Assembly: GCA_963779615.1 (NCBI GenBank)
Contig: CAVZZA010000003.1
Coordinates: 1,120,001 to 1,184,000, forward strand
From: an uncultured Nitrososphaeraceae archaeon
Lineage (GTDB): Archaea > Thermoproteota > Nitrososphaeria > Nitrososphaerales > Nitrososphaeraceae
Direction of reading: 5' to 3'
DNA length: 64,000 nucleotides
Shown here: positions 54,210 to 64,000 of the stretch, piece by piece
Layout: every line of letters begins with the position of its first letter
Numbering within the stretch: position 1 is the first letter of the stretch
The notes under the pieces: model-generated
Database searches by the model: none
The model's input: the letters and a program-made list of their open reading frames with translations, nothing else
What the model was told of the DNA's origin: nothing
Position numbers and translations under genes: made by a program

Positions 54210-56220
54210 TTATGTGTAATCAAATAATGTCTTTTGATATGGCAATTTTTTATCATTTGTTTTGGATAGATTAGAGACTTTTATGCCCAGTTTACGTACA
54301 GAGGTAAACTTGCCCTCGCCAAATACACTATTCTCCACACCATCAAGTTGAAACTTTTCTAACAGCGGCTCCAACACACCAACAATACTCTCCTTATTAC
54401 CATGATAGGTAGAAAGCGTTGTTTCCCTTGTTTCTACTGTAAAATCTGACCTCATTAGTTTAATGCCAACAGTTTTAAACCCATATCCCCTTCTTTGGGT
54501 TCTTTCGTAAATATCGTCAACCAATTCATTCAAAAGGAACTCCAATATCACCTTCTTGTCTTTAGTTGGTTTCTGCAGTGTTTCCTCAACACTCAGAGAC
54601 AAGTTATCCTCCCTTGGCAACACGGGTTCGTTGTCCTCACCATTAGCTACGTGCCACATCCACAATCCATTCTTTTTACCAAACCTATCAGTCAGTCTCT
54701 GCACATCACACTTTGCCAACTGTCCAATAGTGTTGATTCCCATTTCCTTCAAAACTTGATTAGTTTTTATCCCAATGCCCGCAATTCTATCCACCTCCAA
54801 GGGATCTAAAAACCGTAGCAAATCATCAGAACAAACAACGGTCAGCCCATCTGGTTTCTTGAAATCAGACGCAATTTTTGCAGCGGACTTTGAAGGGGCA
54901 ACACCTATCGAGCACAAAAGACCATCGCATTGCGCTTTTATTGAATTTTTTATTTGAAGAGCATACCCCTCAACTGCAGAAGGCATGTGTGTTATTTCGC
55001 CTCCGATTGCTTTTTTCTTTTCTTTCATCTGTGTCCTGACACGATTGTGAATTTTGTATCACAGGCTGTTGTTGTTGCAAGAATTTGTTTGTACAATCAA
55101 TATATGCCTCATCGATGCTTGCCTTTTCCAAGACATCGGCATATTCTTCCAATAACGCCATTACTTTGTCAGATATTTGGCCATAATACTGCTTGTCTAC
55201 AGGCTTTAAAATAAGATCAGGGCACAGTTCTTTAGCCTTCAGTAAAGATATGGCAGATCTGACACCGTGTTTTCTAGCTTCGTATGAGCAAGACGCTACC
55301 GCACCCCTTGTTATACTGCCATCTTTTTCAGGCGTCATTATCACAGCATGGGGTTTACCTTTGAGGGACGGGTCCCTAATTTCTTCGCATGTGGGAAAAA
55401 ATGCGTTCATGTCAATGTGCATTATCATTCTTCCTGTCCAAGGAAATGATGGTGGCGGGATTTGAGAATCAATGCATTTTTTTTCCGGCAAATCCAATAA
55501 CTTTAGAATATGGTTCAGTCTGGAGGGAGTATCCACAACTATAACTGCAAACTCCAGTGATTTTTTTTCACCGGTGCTTGTTGAAAAAAGTTCTTTCTCT
55601 TTTTGTTTTACCAGTTTAATCCAATCATCTTCATTGTTACTTTTTTTAGATGCACTATCGGCAATATTAAGAAAAATAAAATCAGAGGTAACTGCAGGAT
55701 AATAGGACTTTGATCCCGCATCAGACCAGACGAAAGAAGATTTGAACTTTCTTAGAATGTTATAGGTCAAATCTTGATGCCACAAGGATTGGCCAAATTC
55801 AAAAACTACATGGTATCCATGATATGTGCATTCGTTTGACATATTTTCAATCCATTCTCTTCCCCCCTCCATTAAAGACATTGTCCTTGGTGGAGACACC
55901 ACAACACACAGAGTCTTGTCTTTAAGGGGCCTGAAAAGTTCTAAAAACTCACCAGTGCTTTGCATGTTGCCCGCATACCTTTTCTCTACGGCATATTGAG
56001 GCACCTTTAAAGTAAAACGAAAGTCATCAGAAGTCTCCTCCGACCATTTATGTATAGCTGCCGAACTTGGCAGAAATTGACTATTACCCATATCCAAGTG
56101 AACAAAATTAAGAATTTTGGAATAGTAAGAAAGGAAAAACCTTGAATCCAAATCAACAGGATAAAAGCCTTTAGCCCAATGTTGGTTTCTCCATCCAGAG
56201 CAGCCAATATAATATTTCAA
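54210..56220 (-). CDS. dinB: DUF72-DNA polymerase IV (DinB/Dpo4) fusion (one frameshift near 55020)
   Basis: N-terminal YIGCSGW..FYP..FRFTLKVP (DUF72) in frame with HIDMNAFF, SYEARKHG, SIDEAY; second ORF has AKIASDFKKPDGL, little finger and PIP box QKTLFDY. Confidence 0.88.
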
Positions 56221-56713
56221 GTCTTGCCTATATCCCTCACTATCTTTTACCTAATCAGGGTTTCCCCTAGGCATATCACATTATTCCACACATTATTCCA
56301 CAGCAGCAAAATACCTCAAATCCATAAGATGGGACTTTAGCCAAGCACTTTGACATGCATTAATCATATACCAACATGCAATTTACTTTTAGAGTATAAA
56401 TACGGTAGAATGATAATAATAACCGTATTATCGCTAATCACAAATCAGAACAAACGCCATGTTAAACCGGAAAGGCAACGAATAATCGTCATTAGATGCA
56501 GCTGATAAATTTTTAACGACACCTATCAAATTGCCATTTATACCGCAATCATATTACCATGTTAAAAATAAAAAAAGGCACAATAGGCGACTGGATTTGT
56601 TCCGAAGTGGGTATTCCAATAACAGACATGGCGATTGATGTAATAATATCATTGTGCGCTCTTATCGATATCCAGAAAACGTTACAACATTAAAACATTG
56701 ATTAAAGGAATGG

Positions 56714-56748
56714 GTAAGCCAATCAAAATAGTGTTTTGATTGGCTTAC
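56714..56748. terminator. Perfect 15-bp hairpin just downstream of the 56786-57475 gene
   Basis: GTAAGCCAATCAAAA-tagtg-TTTTGATTGGCTTAC. Confidence 0.5.
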
Positions 56749-56785
56749 TATGATGCCGACTACTATTTTACTACTGCTGCTAAGG

Positions 56786-57475
56786 CTACTGTCCTACGAC
56801 ATTAATGGTATCATATGTGGAGACTGATGTGTCAGAACTGTCGCTGCTGTCGCTGCTGTCGCTGCTGTCGCTGCTGTCGCTGCTGTCGCTGCTGTCAACG
56901 CCGCCATTGCATGATATCTTCACAGTTATGTCATTATCTCCCAAAGCCATGAGATGGTACGCACTGGTATACGTAAATGTCCATGTTGAATAATCACCTT
57001 GACTGCGTGGCGTTACTACGGAATAAGGATGAATGTCATTCCAGTCTGCGGATACCTGACAATCAGTATTTGGGGTGTCTGTTGATGTTCCAGAAATAGT
57101 CAATTGTCCAACAGGAACAATCGCGCCATCGGCCGGCGAAGTAATGGCTACATCCAATTCTGCAGGTTGTTCTCCGCTTCCTGATTCGCCAATGGTTTGG
57201 GATTCAGGAACGGTGTCGGATTCTGTGGGCGCACCGGTATTAGGCAAGACTGAATCGCCACTGTGTGCAGGGTCGGTGAATGAAGAATCCCGCTCAATCT
57301 CGGGGGCTGGAGGTGGGGCGGGTTTTTTAATAGAGTTACCCGTTACATGGGGTATGCCGGCTGTGTTAGTTTGTGAAAAAGCATTACTAGAAATAATTGA
57401 AGGTATAATGGCAACCAATGTTGTCAACATTGCAATTACTAGAATATTTTTGGTTGTTATTGTCATATAATACAA
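56786..57475 (-). CDS. Secreted protein with an Ig-like domain and (SDS)n insert
   Basis: Signal peptide; VAITSPADG..ISGTSTD..WTF..ITVKISC; 9-bp repeats at about 56835-56895. Confidence 0.75.
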   Translation of the reverse strand: MYYMTITTKNILVIAMLTTLVAIIPSIISSNAFSQTNTAGIPHVTGNSIKKPAPPPAPEIERDSSFTDPAHSGDSVLPNTGAPTESDTVPESQTIGESGSGEQPAELDVAITSPADGAIVPVGQLTISGTSTDTPNTDCQVSADWNDIHPYSVVTPRSQGDYSTWTFTYTSAYHLMALGDNDITVKISCNGGVDSSDSSDSSDSSDSSDSSDSSDTSVSTYDTINVVGQ

Positions 57476-57861
57476 TATGAATTTTGAGTATATATAAACT
57501 AGTAGAGAGCCATACGGATATAGAGATATTAACAGTTATGAACCCTCCATTACATTTTACATATATCGGAAGACAATACCCATTAAAACAACATACAAAT
57601 TAACTTAAAATATGACCATATCAACGAATTTGCAGACGAAAATTCACCACATGGCACCATTAAATCTTAAGTTCAATTGATACATCCAGATGGGGTTGGT
57701 TTAGTTTGTTCTGAATGCTTGTTGAAAAATGGTTGCAATTATGGTATGTACCATATTGGTCATAACCCATAGAATTGATCTGCAATAATTGAACTACGAT
57801 AGCCATCTGTTATGAGGAGACTATCATATTTTTATATTATATTAAACAAGATTATTTTAAC

Positions 57862-58035
57862 ATGAATGAAAATGCAGATGAACAAAAAAAGGATATTGAC
57901 GATGTTGAGAATTCAGAGGAACTAAAAAAAGAGATGCTAAAACCCATTGTCAAGTCAAAATCTGAAACAGACAAGGAGCTGCAAGATTTGGAAGTGGAAA
58001 CAACGGCCGGTGGGAGTGGCGGTGGCGGTGGCTAA
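57862..58035 (+). CDS. 57-aa acidic peptide with a poly-Gly C-terminus
   Basis: MNENADEQKKDIDDVENSEELKKEMLKPIVKSKSETDKELQDLEVETTAGGSGGGGG; TTTTATAT upstream and T-run downstream. Confidence 0.55.
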   Translation: MNENADEQKKDIDDVENSEELKKEMLKPIVKSKSETDKELQDLEVETTAGGSGGGGG

Positions 58036-58224
58036 ACACTATTTTTTTACATCATCATCAAGATCTCCAAACCTCCAAACAGATTTTCAACAATGATGCA
58101 TCCTTTTATGGATGACTTTAGGTATATGAATATAACAACCGAAGGCTATCTCGAATCATTTTTGGGTTGTTCTATAAATACCAGCATTTAATAAATATTA
58201 TTATTAATTTTTCACATCCAAACG

Positions 58225-58677
58225 TTAAAAATATCTTGCCAATATGTCATTTAGGTCATTTCCCATAGTTTCGTTAGATCTCTTTTCAGCAGCAGCAGCA
58301 GCACTACTACCGTCATCATCCAGGCGTTGATTTTCTTTTTTTACAAAGTTATCAATGACTTTATCCATTTCAGATAAACCAGTTATTGCTTTTGTCAATC
58401 TATTTGATAAAAAGAATATTGTAGATAACATATAGTTGATTTTATCACTTTCAAATTCCAGCTTGGTTGAAGGGGGAAATGCAGCGTCCAGGCATCCCCT
58501 TAACTCCTTTCCTGCTTCTTCAAAACAATTGGTATCACCATTGCAATCTTGTAACTTTTTTGTCCAATTGGTTAGACATTTTGATACATTCGATGAATAT
58601 TCGGTCAATATAAAATTAATTAGAGATGATAATATAAATTGATTTTTGCGGCCTTCTTTTGGTTTTGTTATTGTCAT
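58225..58677 (-). CDS. Hypothetical helical protein with four Cys
   Basis: 150-aa ORF. Confidence 0.55.
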   Translation of the reverse strand: MTITKPKEGRKNQFILSSLINFILTEYSSNVSKCLTNWTKKLQDCNGDTNCFEEAGKELRGCLDAAFPPSTKLEFESDKINYMLSTIFFLSNRLTKAITGLSEMDKVIDNFVKKENQRLDDDGSSAAAAAEKRSNETMGNDLNDILARYF

Positions 58678-59081
58678 AGATTGAATTTATGGGCATAAAT
58701 CTACAATATCAAATTTATGGATGTTTCGATGTTTCTTATTGTAACTCATGTTCATATTTCTAAAACGAGCGATTGTGGTGCTAAATGATAACGGATTTTT
58801 GAAGGTTTCCCATAACGTTGCATTAGATCAAAACATAATTTATTGCATTAGAGTCCATATTTTGATCGTCGTCTGTTTATCAGGCATTCCTAATCTTTCA
58901 CATTATTTGAATATTGATTGAGGGTTGGTACCTTGTAATGATAATGTGTCTGATGGATTATCTACATGAATACCAACAATCCATCTACATTATAATTACC
59001 AAGGCATGTGCAATTGAAAAAGATACAGCACTATAGTGTTTGACATTGTTGAAATTCAGACTGTAAAGAAGATAAAAGAAT

Positions 59082-59543
59082 TTATTTTTTACCCAATTTT
59101 AAATCATCTTTGTAATTAATCTTTGGAAACAATTCTCTTTTTAGGATATCTCTTTCGATTGAGACTCTTCCAGGGCCAGATATAAGCAAGCTTACTCCAA
59201 TAGCCAAAAGCAAGAGCTCGAGTTCGTATCCACCAACAAAACCCTTTGTTATCTTTGCTGATAGTATGGCACCACTCATTTCGATTATAAATAAAACAGA
59301 GGCTATTCGAGTTGCTATTCCCAATATCAATGCAGAACCACCTATCACTTCTAAAAGTGCTATAGGCAAGGCTAGTTCTGGTGGAAGCCCCAGAGAGCCA
59401 AAAAACCCTTGGGTTTTATCCATGCCTTCAAATTTTGGAAGGCCATGCATTATGAAAGCAATTCCTGCCATTATCCTTATGGGCAAGGGTGCGTATGAGG
59501 CGATTGTGGTAATACTCAACAGAAGGGTATTACATAACACCAT
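59082..59543 (-). CDS. DoxX-family membrane protein
   Basis: RIMAGIAFIMHGLPKF..EVIGG..GGYE..GPGRVSIE. Confidence 0.9.
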   Translation of the reverse strand: MVLCNTLLLSITTIASYAPLPIRIMAGIAFIMHGLPKFEGMDKTQGFFGSLGLPPELALPIALLEVIGGSALILGIATRIASVLFIIEMSGAILSAKITKGFVGGYELELLLLAIGVSLLISGPGRVSIERDILKRELFPKINYKDDLKLGKK

Positions 59544-59689
59544 TTTTAACTGTTTGACTTTTTATAAAATTTATAGTATAATCAAATAAATTAATAAATA
59601 TCTCATATAATATTATAAAAAAATAAAAAAACTAGCTATTGTGCATAAAGACAGTCCATATTTTTATAGTATGTTTATTAGTAAAAGTT

Positions 59690-59973
59690 ATGAGTAAAAA
59701 TTCCAGTTTTACATCAACACAAAAAATACCCCAGGAGGCTACCAACCTAAACAAGTTAACAAAGGTTTATTCAGGCTATGTAGAGATTGAATCATTTAAA
59801 AACTCTGACACCCATAAAGGATATTTCTGCTATAATTGCATTTACTTTATGGAACCAAATCATTGCGCGATAGTTACAGATGAAGGTCAGGATATTTATG
59901 GCAATGTGTCCAATGCAATCGAACCATATGCAGTATGCTCCCTATGGACTCCAAATGAAAAGGAGATTAAATA
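59690..59973 (+). CDS. HiPIP-like four-Cys iron-sulfur protein, copy 1
   Basis: CYNCIYF..C.IV...I...VCSLW. Confidence 0.6.
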
Positions 59974-59988
59974 GGAGATAGAACAAAA

Positions 59989-60295
59989 ATGTCGGATAAA
60001 AATATAATTGAAAAAGCCGCAGACGTTGTAGGAAACGTTACAAAATTCCAAAAACAAACTAAACTGAAGGCAGGCTACCTTGAACGTGAAGAGTTCAAAG
60101 ACTCTGATCTTCATGCTGGTTTCTTTTGTTATAATTGCATATATTGGGTTGATTCCATGGGAGGAAAATGCATGATTGTCGACAACAATGGTCCGGATGT
60201 ATTTGGCAATGTTTCAGAAGTAATTGCAGACTCACGGTTGTTGCAACGGGTATGAACCCAATCACGACAAACTGGACAACAAAAGTAAATCTTAG
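59989..60295 (+). CDS. HiPIP-like iron-sulfur protein, copy 2 (frameshift near 60230)
   Basis: CYNCIYW..KCMIV..GNVSEVIA then HGCCNGYEP in the alternative frame. Confidence 0.6.
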
Positions 60296-60529
60296 TTACA
60301 AATACAATAAAACATAAAAACCATCCTCTTTAATTTTTCTTTTTTTGCAGTAGTTTTATTATTTTGAAAATCTATTTCCCTCACGGTTTTTTCCTGATAT
60401 GTGATTGTCTTTTGGCAATTGTGTCTACTGGTTTTTATGCTTTCATGTCTCAATTCTGATCTTTTAGGGTTAATCTTCAGGTTTCAAGTTGACAAAATTA
60501 TTTTTATACCATCATATATTAAAAATGGT

Positions 60530-60859
60530 ATGAGATCTTTATTTTGGATTTTACCAATATTCCTGATTCCATCAGCGTTAGCATATCCTACAGCAACAGC
60601 TCAAAACATGACAAACACAACCGGAAATGGCACCGAGTCAGGCGGGATGTCCTCAGAGTCGGTAGAGAGTGCACAATCCAACACAACGGGCGGAACTGCA
60701 ACAAACACAACCGGAAATGGCACCGAGTCAGGCGGGATGTCCTCAGAGTCGGTAGAGAGTGCACAATCCAACACAACGGGCGGAACTGCAACAAACACAA
60801 CCGGAAATGGCACCGAGTCAGGCGGGATGTCCTCAGAGTCGGTAGAGAGTGCACAATGA
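60530..60859 (+). CDS. Secreted low-complexity repeat peptide rich in N-glycosylation sequons
   Basis: Signal peptide plus 30-aa repeats TNTTGNGTESGGMSSESVESAQSNTTGGTA. Confidence 0.7.
   Translation: MRSLFWILPIFLIPSALAYPTATAQNMTNTTGNGTESGGMSSESVESAQSNTTGGTATNTTGNGTESGGMSSESVESAQSNTTGGTATNTTGNGTESGGMSSESVESAQ
60611..60856 (+). repeat. 90-bp perfect tandem repeat, about 2.7 copies
   Basis: Units start at 60611, 60701, 60791. Confidence 0.92.
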
Positions 60860-61146
60860 TCTACCTTTTTTATTAATTTTATTGTAAAACCAAAATGGAT
60901 TTTTATAGTTTAAGGAAGTAGGACAATAATTGCCAGTGAGAAAAATTTAAAATGATTTTGGGTTTCCCCATGTATGATTGCATTTGGTACAACGGAAGAA
61001 TTGTGTATCAGGTTCGTCAGCCGAGTCTGTTTGCACTATCCACCAAAAGCTTATCTGCCAATCATTTACTTGCCTTGAGATTTTCATCGATGATTTATTG
61101 CGCAAGAAATTAATTTCACAAACCAAATATGTTATCTAAAAGATAA

Positions 61147-61764
61147 ATGAATAATTTATACCCTATAGATTATCTGTCCCAAAAGGATCTCAAGTTAGCC
61201 TCGATTATAAAGTCTATTGGCGATTATGCGATAAAAATGCATAGTGATCCTTTTGAATCTTTAATACAATCAATAATTTATCAACAGCTATCAGGAAAGG
61301 CTGCAAATGCAATTTACAAAAGGTTTTTGGAGCACTATAGAGGTATAATACCTACACCACAACAAATTATTTTGACTCCTGATGAAATTTTAAGAGCTAA
61401 AATAGGATTATCATTTAAGAAGATAGAATACATAAAGGACTTATCTTCAAGAATTTCCGATGGAAGATTGAACCTGCCCCTGTTGTCTGGAATGACAGAT
61501 GATGAAATCATATCAGAACTAATTAAAGTAAAGGGTATTGGGAGATGGACCGCAGAAATGTTTCTGATTTTTTGTTTAGGAAGAGAAGATGTGATACCCA
61601 TTGGAGACTTGGGTATAAGGAAAGCAATACAAATATTATATAATTTGCCTCAACTTCCTACACCTTCATCCATGTTGATCATATCCCTATCTTGGAAACC
61701 CTACAGGAGCATAGCCACTTGGTATTTATGGAAGTCACTTGACAATTTTGGCCCTATGGGCTAA
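61147..61764 (+). CDS. alkA: DNA-3-methyladenine glycosylase II (HhH-GPD)
   Basis: IIYQQLSGKAA, VKGIGRWTAEM, GDLG, WKPYRS. Confidence 0.92.
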   Translation: MNNLYPIDYLSQKDLKLASIIKSIGDYAIKMHSDPFESLIQSIIYQQLSGKAANAIYKRFLEHYRGIIPTPQQIILTPDEILRAKIGLSFKKIEYIKDLSSRISDGRLNLPLLSGMTDDEIISELIKVKGIGRWTAEMFLIFCLGREDVIPIGDLGIRKAIQILYNLPQLPTPSSMLIISLSWKPYRSIATWYLWKSLDNFGPMG

Positions 61765-62423
61765 TGAAAAGAATATAAGCCAAAAAAAACAATCAGCCAT
61801 TCATACCTTTTTGACATCTTTTAGTGGGTTGCCAGTTTCAGGTACAGAGAATACAGTAACCAAGGCAAATTCCATTTAGTAATTTATCATAGCATTTTTT
61901 TCTACATCATTGTTCTCAAATAATCGTAAAAAACGGTTATTGTAGAAGACCCGATGGATGTGATTCAAAATGATGGAATCCACCATTACAGCAATAACAA
62001 AGCATAGCCTTCTCTAAAACCAATAACAAATGTTTACAGACTTAATTTTTCAAACAATAATTTGTTTTCTAACCTAACATTCACCTTCTGCCTCACCAAC
62101 TGTGTCTTCATTAAAATTCCCATCTGGTAGAACAAACTTGGCGCTCTTTTTGTACATCAAATCTATGTGATTTGCCAATTGGCACATTCTTCCAATAAAG
62201 ATCGTTTATTTTAAAGACGAAACCTCAAATGCCAACTGTATTGGATTAAGCTTCACAGATAGGTTTACTTTACTTGTTTGTCAAAACGAATAAATTTTTT
62301 GTTTTTAGCAACACAGCACATGATGATATCTATTTTTATGTCCTTTAATTGGTTACATTTTGATTAACCGTAAGCATTCGTTGTATTGACACACTCATAC
62401 CCAAATTAATGCCATTGCGTTAG

Positions 62424-63140
62424 CTATAAATCACACAAGTCTTTAAAACTTTTCCAATTGGAATTATCAGTGTCGTTCCATTTTTCAAAAAAAACAACAT
62501 CCTGTAAATCTAGCCTTTTTAACCATTGATATTTTTCCAAATCAGGCGCCTCATTGAATTTATCCACATATCCTAAACAAAGGTATGCAATTGGCTTTAT
62601 GTGATTTGGCAAACCTAAAACACTAGTTAAATCAGAATTATCCAATATACTTACCCAACCAACACCTATGTCTTCAACTCGTGCAGCCAACCAAAGATTT
62701 TGAATGGCACAGCAAACACTGTAAATTCCCGCCTCCTCGATTGTCATCCTCCCAATCACAAAAGGCCCAAATCTATCGTGATCATATGTTACGCAAATAT
62801 TAAGGTCAGACTCTAATATGCCCTCTAACTTTAAATTACAATATTTTTCTTGCCTTTCTTTGTCTTCTTTTAAAAAATCGATTGACTTCAGCCTCTCCTT
62901 TAAAAATGAATCCTTAACCTTTAACCGAGTTTCTTTGTCCTTTATCAATATAAAATTCCATGGTTGGGAGAATCCAACTGATGGGGCGTGATGAGCAGCC
63001 TTTAGGATATTGTAAACTATTTTATCATCGATGCTTTTATTCAAAAACCGTTTTCGAACGTCCCGCCTTGAGTAAATAACACTGTAAAAAATCTCTTTTT
63101 CCAGCTCATTGAATTTCTTATCATGAACGTAATCGGCCAC
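62424..63140 (-). CDS. bluB: 5,6-dimethylbenzimidazole synthase
   Basis: RRDVR, AHHAPSVGFSQPW, LKLEGI, CAIQNLWLAAR, GWVSI. Confidence 0.93.
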   Translation of the reverse strand: MADYVHDKKFNELEKEIFYSVIYSRRDVRKRFLNKSIDDKIVYNILKAAHHAPSVGFSQPWNFILIKDKETRLKVKDSFLKERLKSIDFLKEDKERQEKYCNLKLEGILESDLNICVTYDHDRFGPFVIGRMTIEEAGIYSVCCAIQNLWLAARVEDIGVGWVSILDNSDLTSVLGLPNHIKPIAYLCLGYVDKFNEAPDLEKYQWLKRLDLQDVVFFEKWNDTDNSNWKSFKDLCDL

Positions 63141-64000
63141 ATAATCTTAAAAAGTAATCATCAATTTCAATTTTGTTTTTAAATTAGTTTACTTTTACTT
63201 TTACTTGTAATTTTATAATAACATAGAGTAACCCATTTTCAGGTAAAGGTTTGAGATTAACATATCTAGTGCAATTCAAATCCATGCATGGTTTGAATAT
63301 AAAAAAGAGAATCACAATAATCACTTTCAAGATGGTTTTGAAAATATGCATGGATTAAAAATCATTGCGTTGAAATTGAGTTGGTATGAAGATCAGTACC
63401 GCTTTGTGTATTCTACGAATGTATCAGGAGCTTTATATCGTTATTATGCTAACTTTATTTTGCTAAGAAAAAACCCAAAACTGTGTCTTTGCTAAACAGC
63501 GGCAAGAAACATGTAGGGTAACTGCTAATGTACTCTGGTTTATTTACCGAAAAAAGATGGAAGAAGAAATTTTTCTATCTTTTTTCCGGTTATTCTTTTC
63601 AATGGCAACAATTATCGATTTGTAGTAGTAACATTTACGTTAATTCCCATACAGTGAAACTTGGTTTGTTCTGATATTTTGCAAAGCCAATGCATGAAAT
63701 ATATGTACTTAACACATACCAATTTACCATCATTTGTGGGTTTGCATTGGGCACTATTGCCGACGATCCACTAATTTGTAAGATGATTGAAAGAGGAGAA
63801 AGACCAGAAAAATTGATAAAAGTAGCCGATAGTATTTCAGATTTATGGTCGAAATAGGACCAATTTCTTCCTCTTAATAACCCAAAATCATCCACATCTC
63901 ATGAAAAAAATAAGTTATTGTCTGTAGTGATACTCTCTGGAGATAACTAAGCAATAGTATTACATACAAAAGACATAACCTTGGTGTGACAATATGCATA

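Noticed and set aside
56281-56302. TTATTCCACA x2 resembling DnaA boxes
   Set aside because: Does not match TTATCCACA exactly, the host is archaeal, and there are only two copies
60611-60856. Perfect 90-bp repeats as CRISPR or ncRNA array
   Set aside because: Contiguous identical units with no spacers, in frame within a signal-peptide ORF
61800-62260. Fragmentary minus-strand coding-like sequence between alkA and bluB
   Set aside because: Multiple stops and no identifiable family

Overview
Low-GC archaeal chromosome segment, most likely from a soil ammonia-oxidising archaeon (Nitrososphaeraceae, Ca. Nitrosocosmicus-like). This is inferred from the gene set (TFE, aMBF1, Trm56, thermosome, S19e/L44e/S27e, archaeal cobalamin and riboflavin genes), not from a marker phylogeny. 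(1) 1-18.9 kb is accessory. It holds a ~14.8 kb element integrated at tRNA-Gly(CCC), bounded by ~58-bp direct repeats (4013-4070 and 18797-18855). The element carries an RHH-fused tyrosine integrase, a putative replication module, a heavy-metal/arsenic cassette (ArsR, P1B-ATPase, ArsC, two MIP channels) and many gene fragments. Three secreted proteins, inside and left of the element, share a signal peptide and a conserved ~40-aa Gln/Asn-rich module but have unrelated C-terminal domains. (2) 19-49 kb is core housekeeping DNA. (3) 49-64 kb is semi-accessory: a DUF72-DinB fusion, tandem HiPIP-like proteins, repeat-rich secreted peptides, patatin, AlkA and BluB. Many essential genes carry single-base frameshifts, which points to indel errors in the assembly, so most 'split' genes are probably intact. 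All calls come from reading the sequence by eye; no database searches were run.
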